Positions 63,920 to 64,000 of a stretch of 64,000 nucleotides of DNA are shown one piece after another (positions within the stretch are counted from its first letter, which is position 1; each line of letters opens with the position of its first letter). The translations under genes were made by a program, and so were the position numbers. Under the pieces are notes generated by a model. The model was not told where the DNA came from. It made no database searches and saw only the letters and a list, made by a program, of their open reading frames with translations. The stretch is from positions 89,593 through 153,592 of the forward strand of contig JAHJIQ010000013.1 of assembly GCA_018823285.1 (NCBI GenBank). The letters are read 5' to 3'. The DNA comes from Pseudomonadota bacterium. GTDB lineage: Bacteria > Desulfobacterota > Desulfobulbia > Desulfobulbales > JAGXFP01.

Positions 63920-64000
63920 GAATAATATACCCTCCAGGACAGGTAGCGAATCCTGCCCCCATTGCTGCTGACCAGAACCCTGACCCTGCCCCCTCTTTTT
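63916..64000 (-). CDS. 3' end of an upstream gene in the secretion/pilus operon (partial)
   Basis: The reverse frame is open from the window edge (...GRVRVLVSSNGGRIRYLSWRVYYS*). Its TGA overlaps the next gene's ATG (ATGA). Too short to identify. Confidence 0.35.
   Translation of the reverse strand, partial: KRGGRVRVLVSSNGGRIRYLSWRVYYS

Overview
This 64-kb window looks like a chromosomal segment of a fairly GC-rich Gram-negative anaerobe. The taxon is my inference, at low confidence: the gene content has a deltaproteobacterial / Desulfobacterota flavour (many sigma-54, PAS, REC and Che proteins, sulfur-relay genes, polyprenyl synthase). Coding density is high, and I support about 60 protein-coding genes.

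Gene content, left to right:
- An edge-truncated repeat protein.
- A Sel1+ankyrin periplasmic protein coupled to a membrane-anchored ferredoxin/FAD oxidoreductase.
- A sigma-54 enhancer-binding regulator in an operon with a short-type 6-phosphogluconate-dehydrogenase-like gene and a rhodanese fusion.
- An HPF-cold-shock-domain fusion.
- nadA, a cysteine desulfurase and glmS.
- A BioH-BioC fusion plus bioD.
- A complete chemosensory operon: a divergent MCP-like protein, then STAS, cheY, cheA, mcp, cheW, cheR, cheD and cheB.
- A REC-PATAN-Roadblock regulator lying divergent from an orphan flagellin whose central domain is a strict hexapeptide repeat.
- ArsR with a DUF2892 protein, a SAM hydrolase and YibQ.
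- A more AT-rich accessory stretch (by eye): DUF1566 protein, zinc-ribbon ORF, DUF4143 ATPase, PAS sensor, metallophosphoesterase and an FGE/SUMF1-like protein.
- Polyprenyl synthase, a DinG-like helicase and Usp.
- lon, mltG and an orphan gspG.
- MarR with an MFS transporter.
- A REC-GAF-histidine kinase with a FliK-like protein.
- A YeeE/TusA/DsrE-like sulfur-trafficking cluster.
- A secretin-based T2SS/T4P-like assembly module that runs off the right edge.

I found no rRNA, tRNA, CRISPR array, transposase or integrase.

The most unusual items:
1. The 704-aa soluble MCP-like protein heading the che operon. It has two receptor-tip-like segments, a CheZ-like DxxxQ motif and four (I/V)ELF motifs.
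2. A CheA carrying tandem MshEN/T2SSE_N-like motifs.
3. The flagellin with a hexapeptide-repeat (beta-helix-like) outer domain.
4. A roughly 168-nt nested hairpin whose wobble pairs all favour the + strand.
5. A 55-bp direct repeat of a gene's 3' end bracketing a roughly 2-kb segment.

All functional calls come from reading the translated ORFs against motifs I know. No searches were run.
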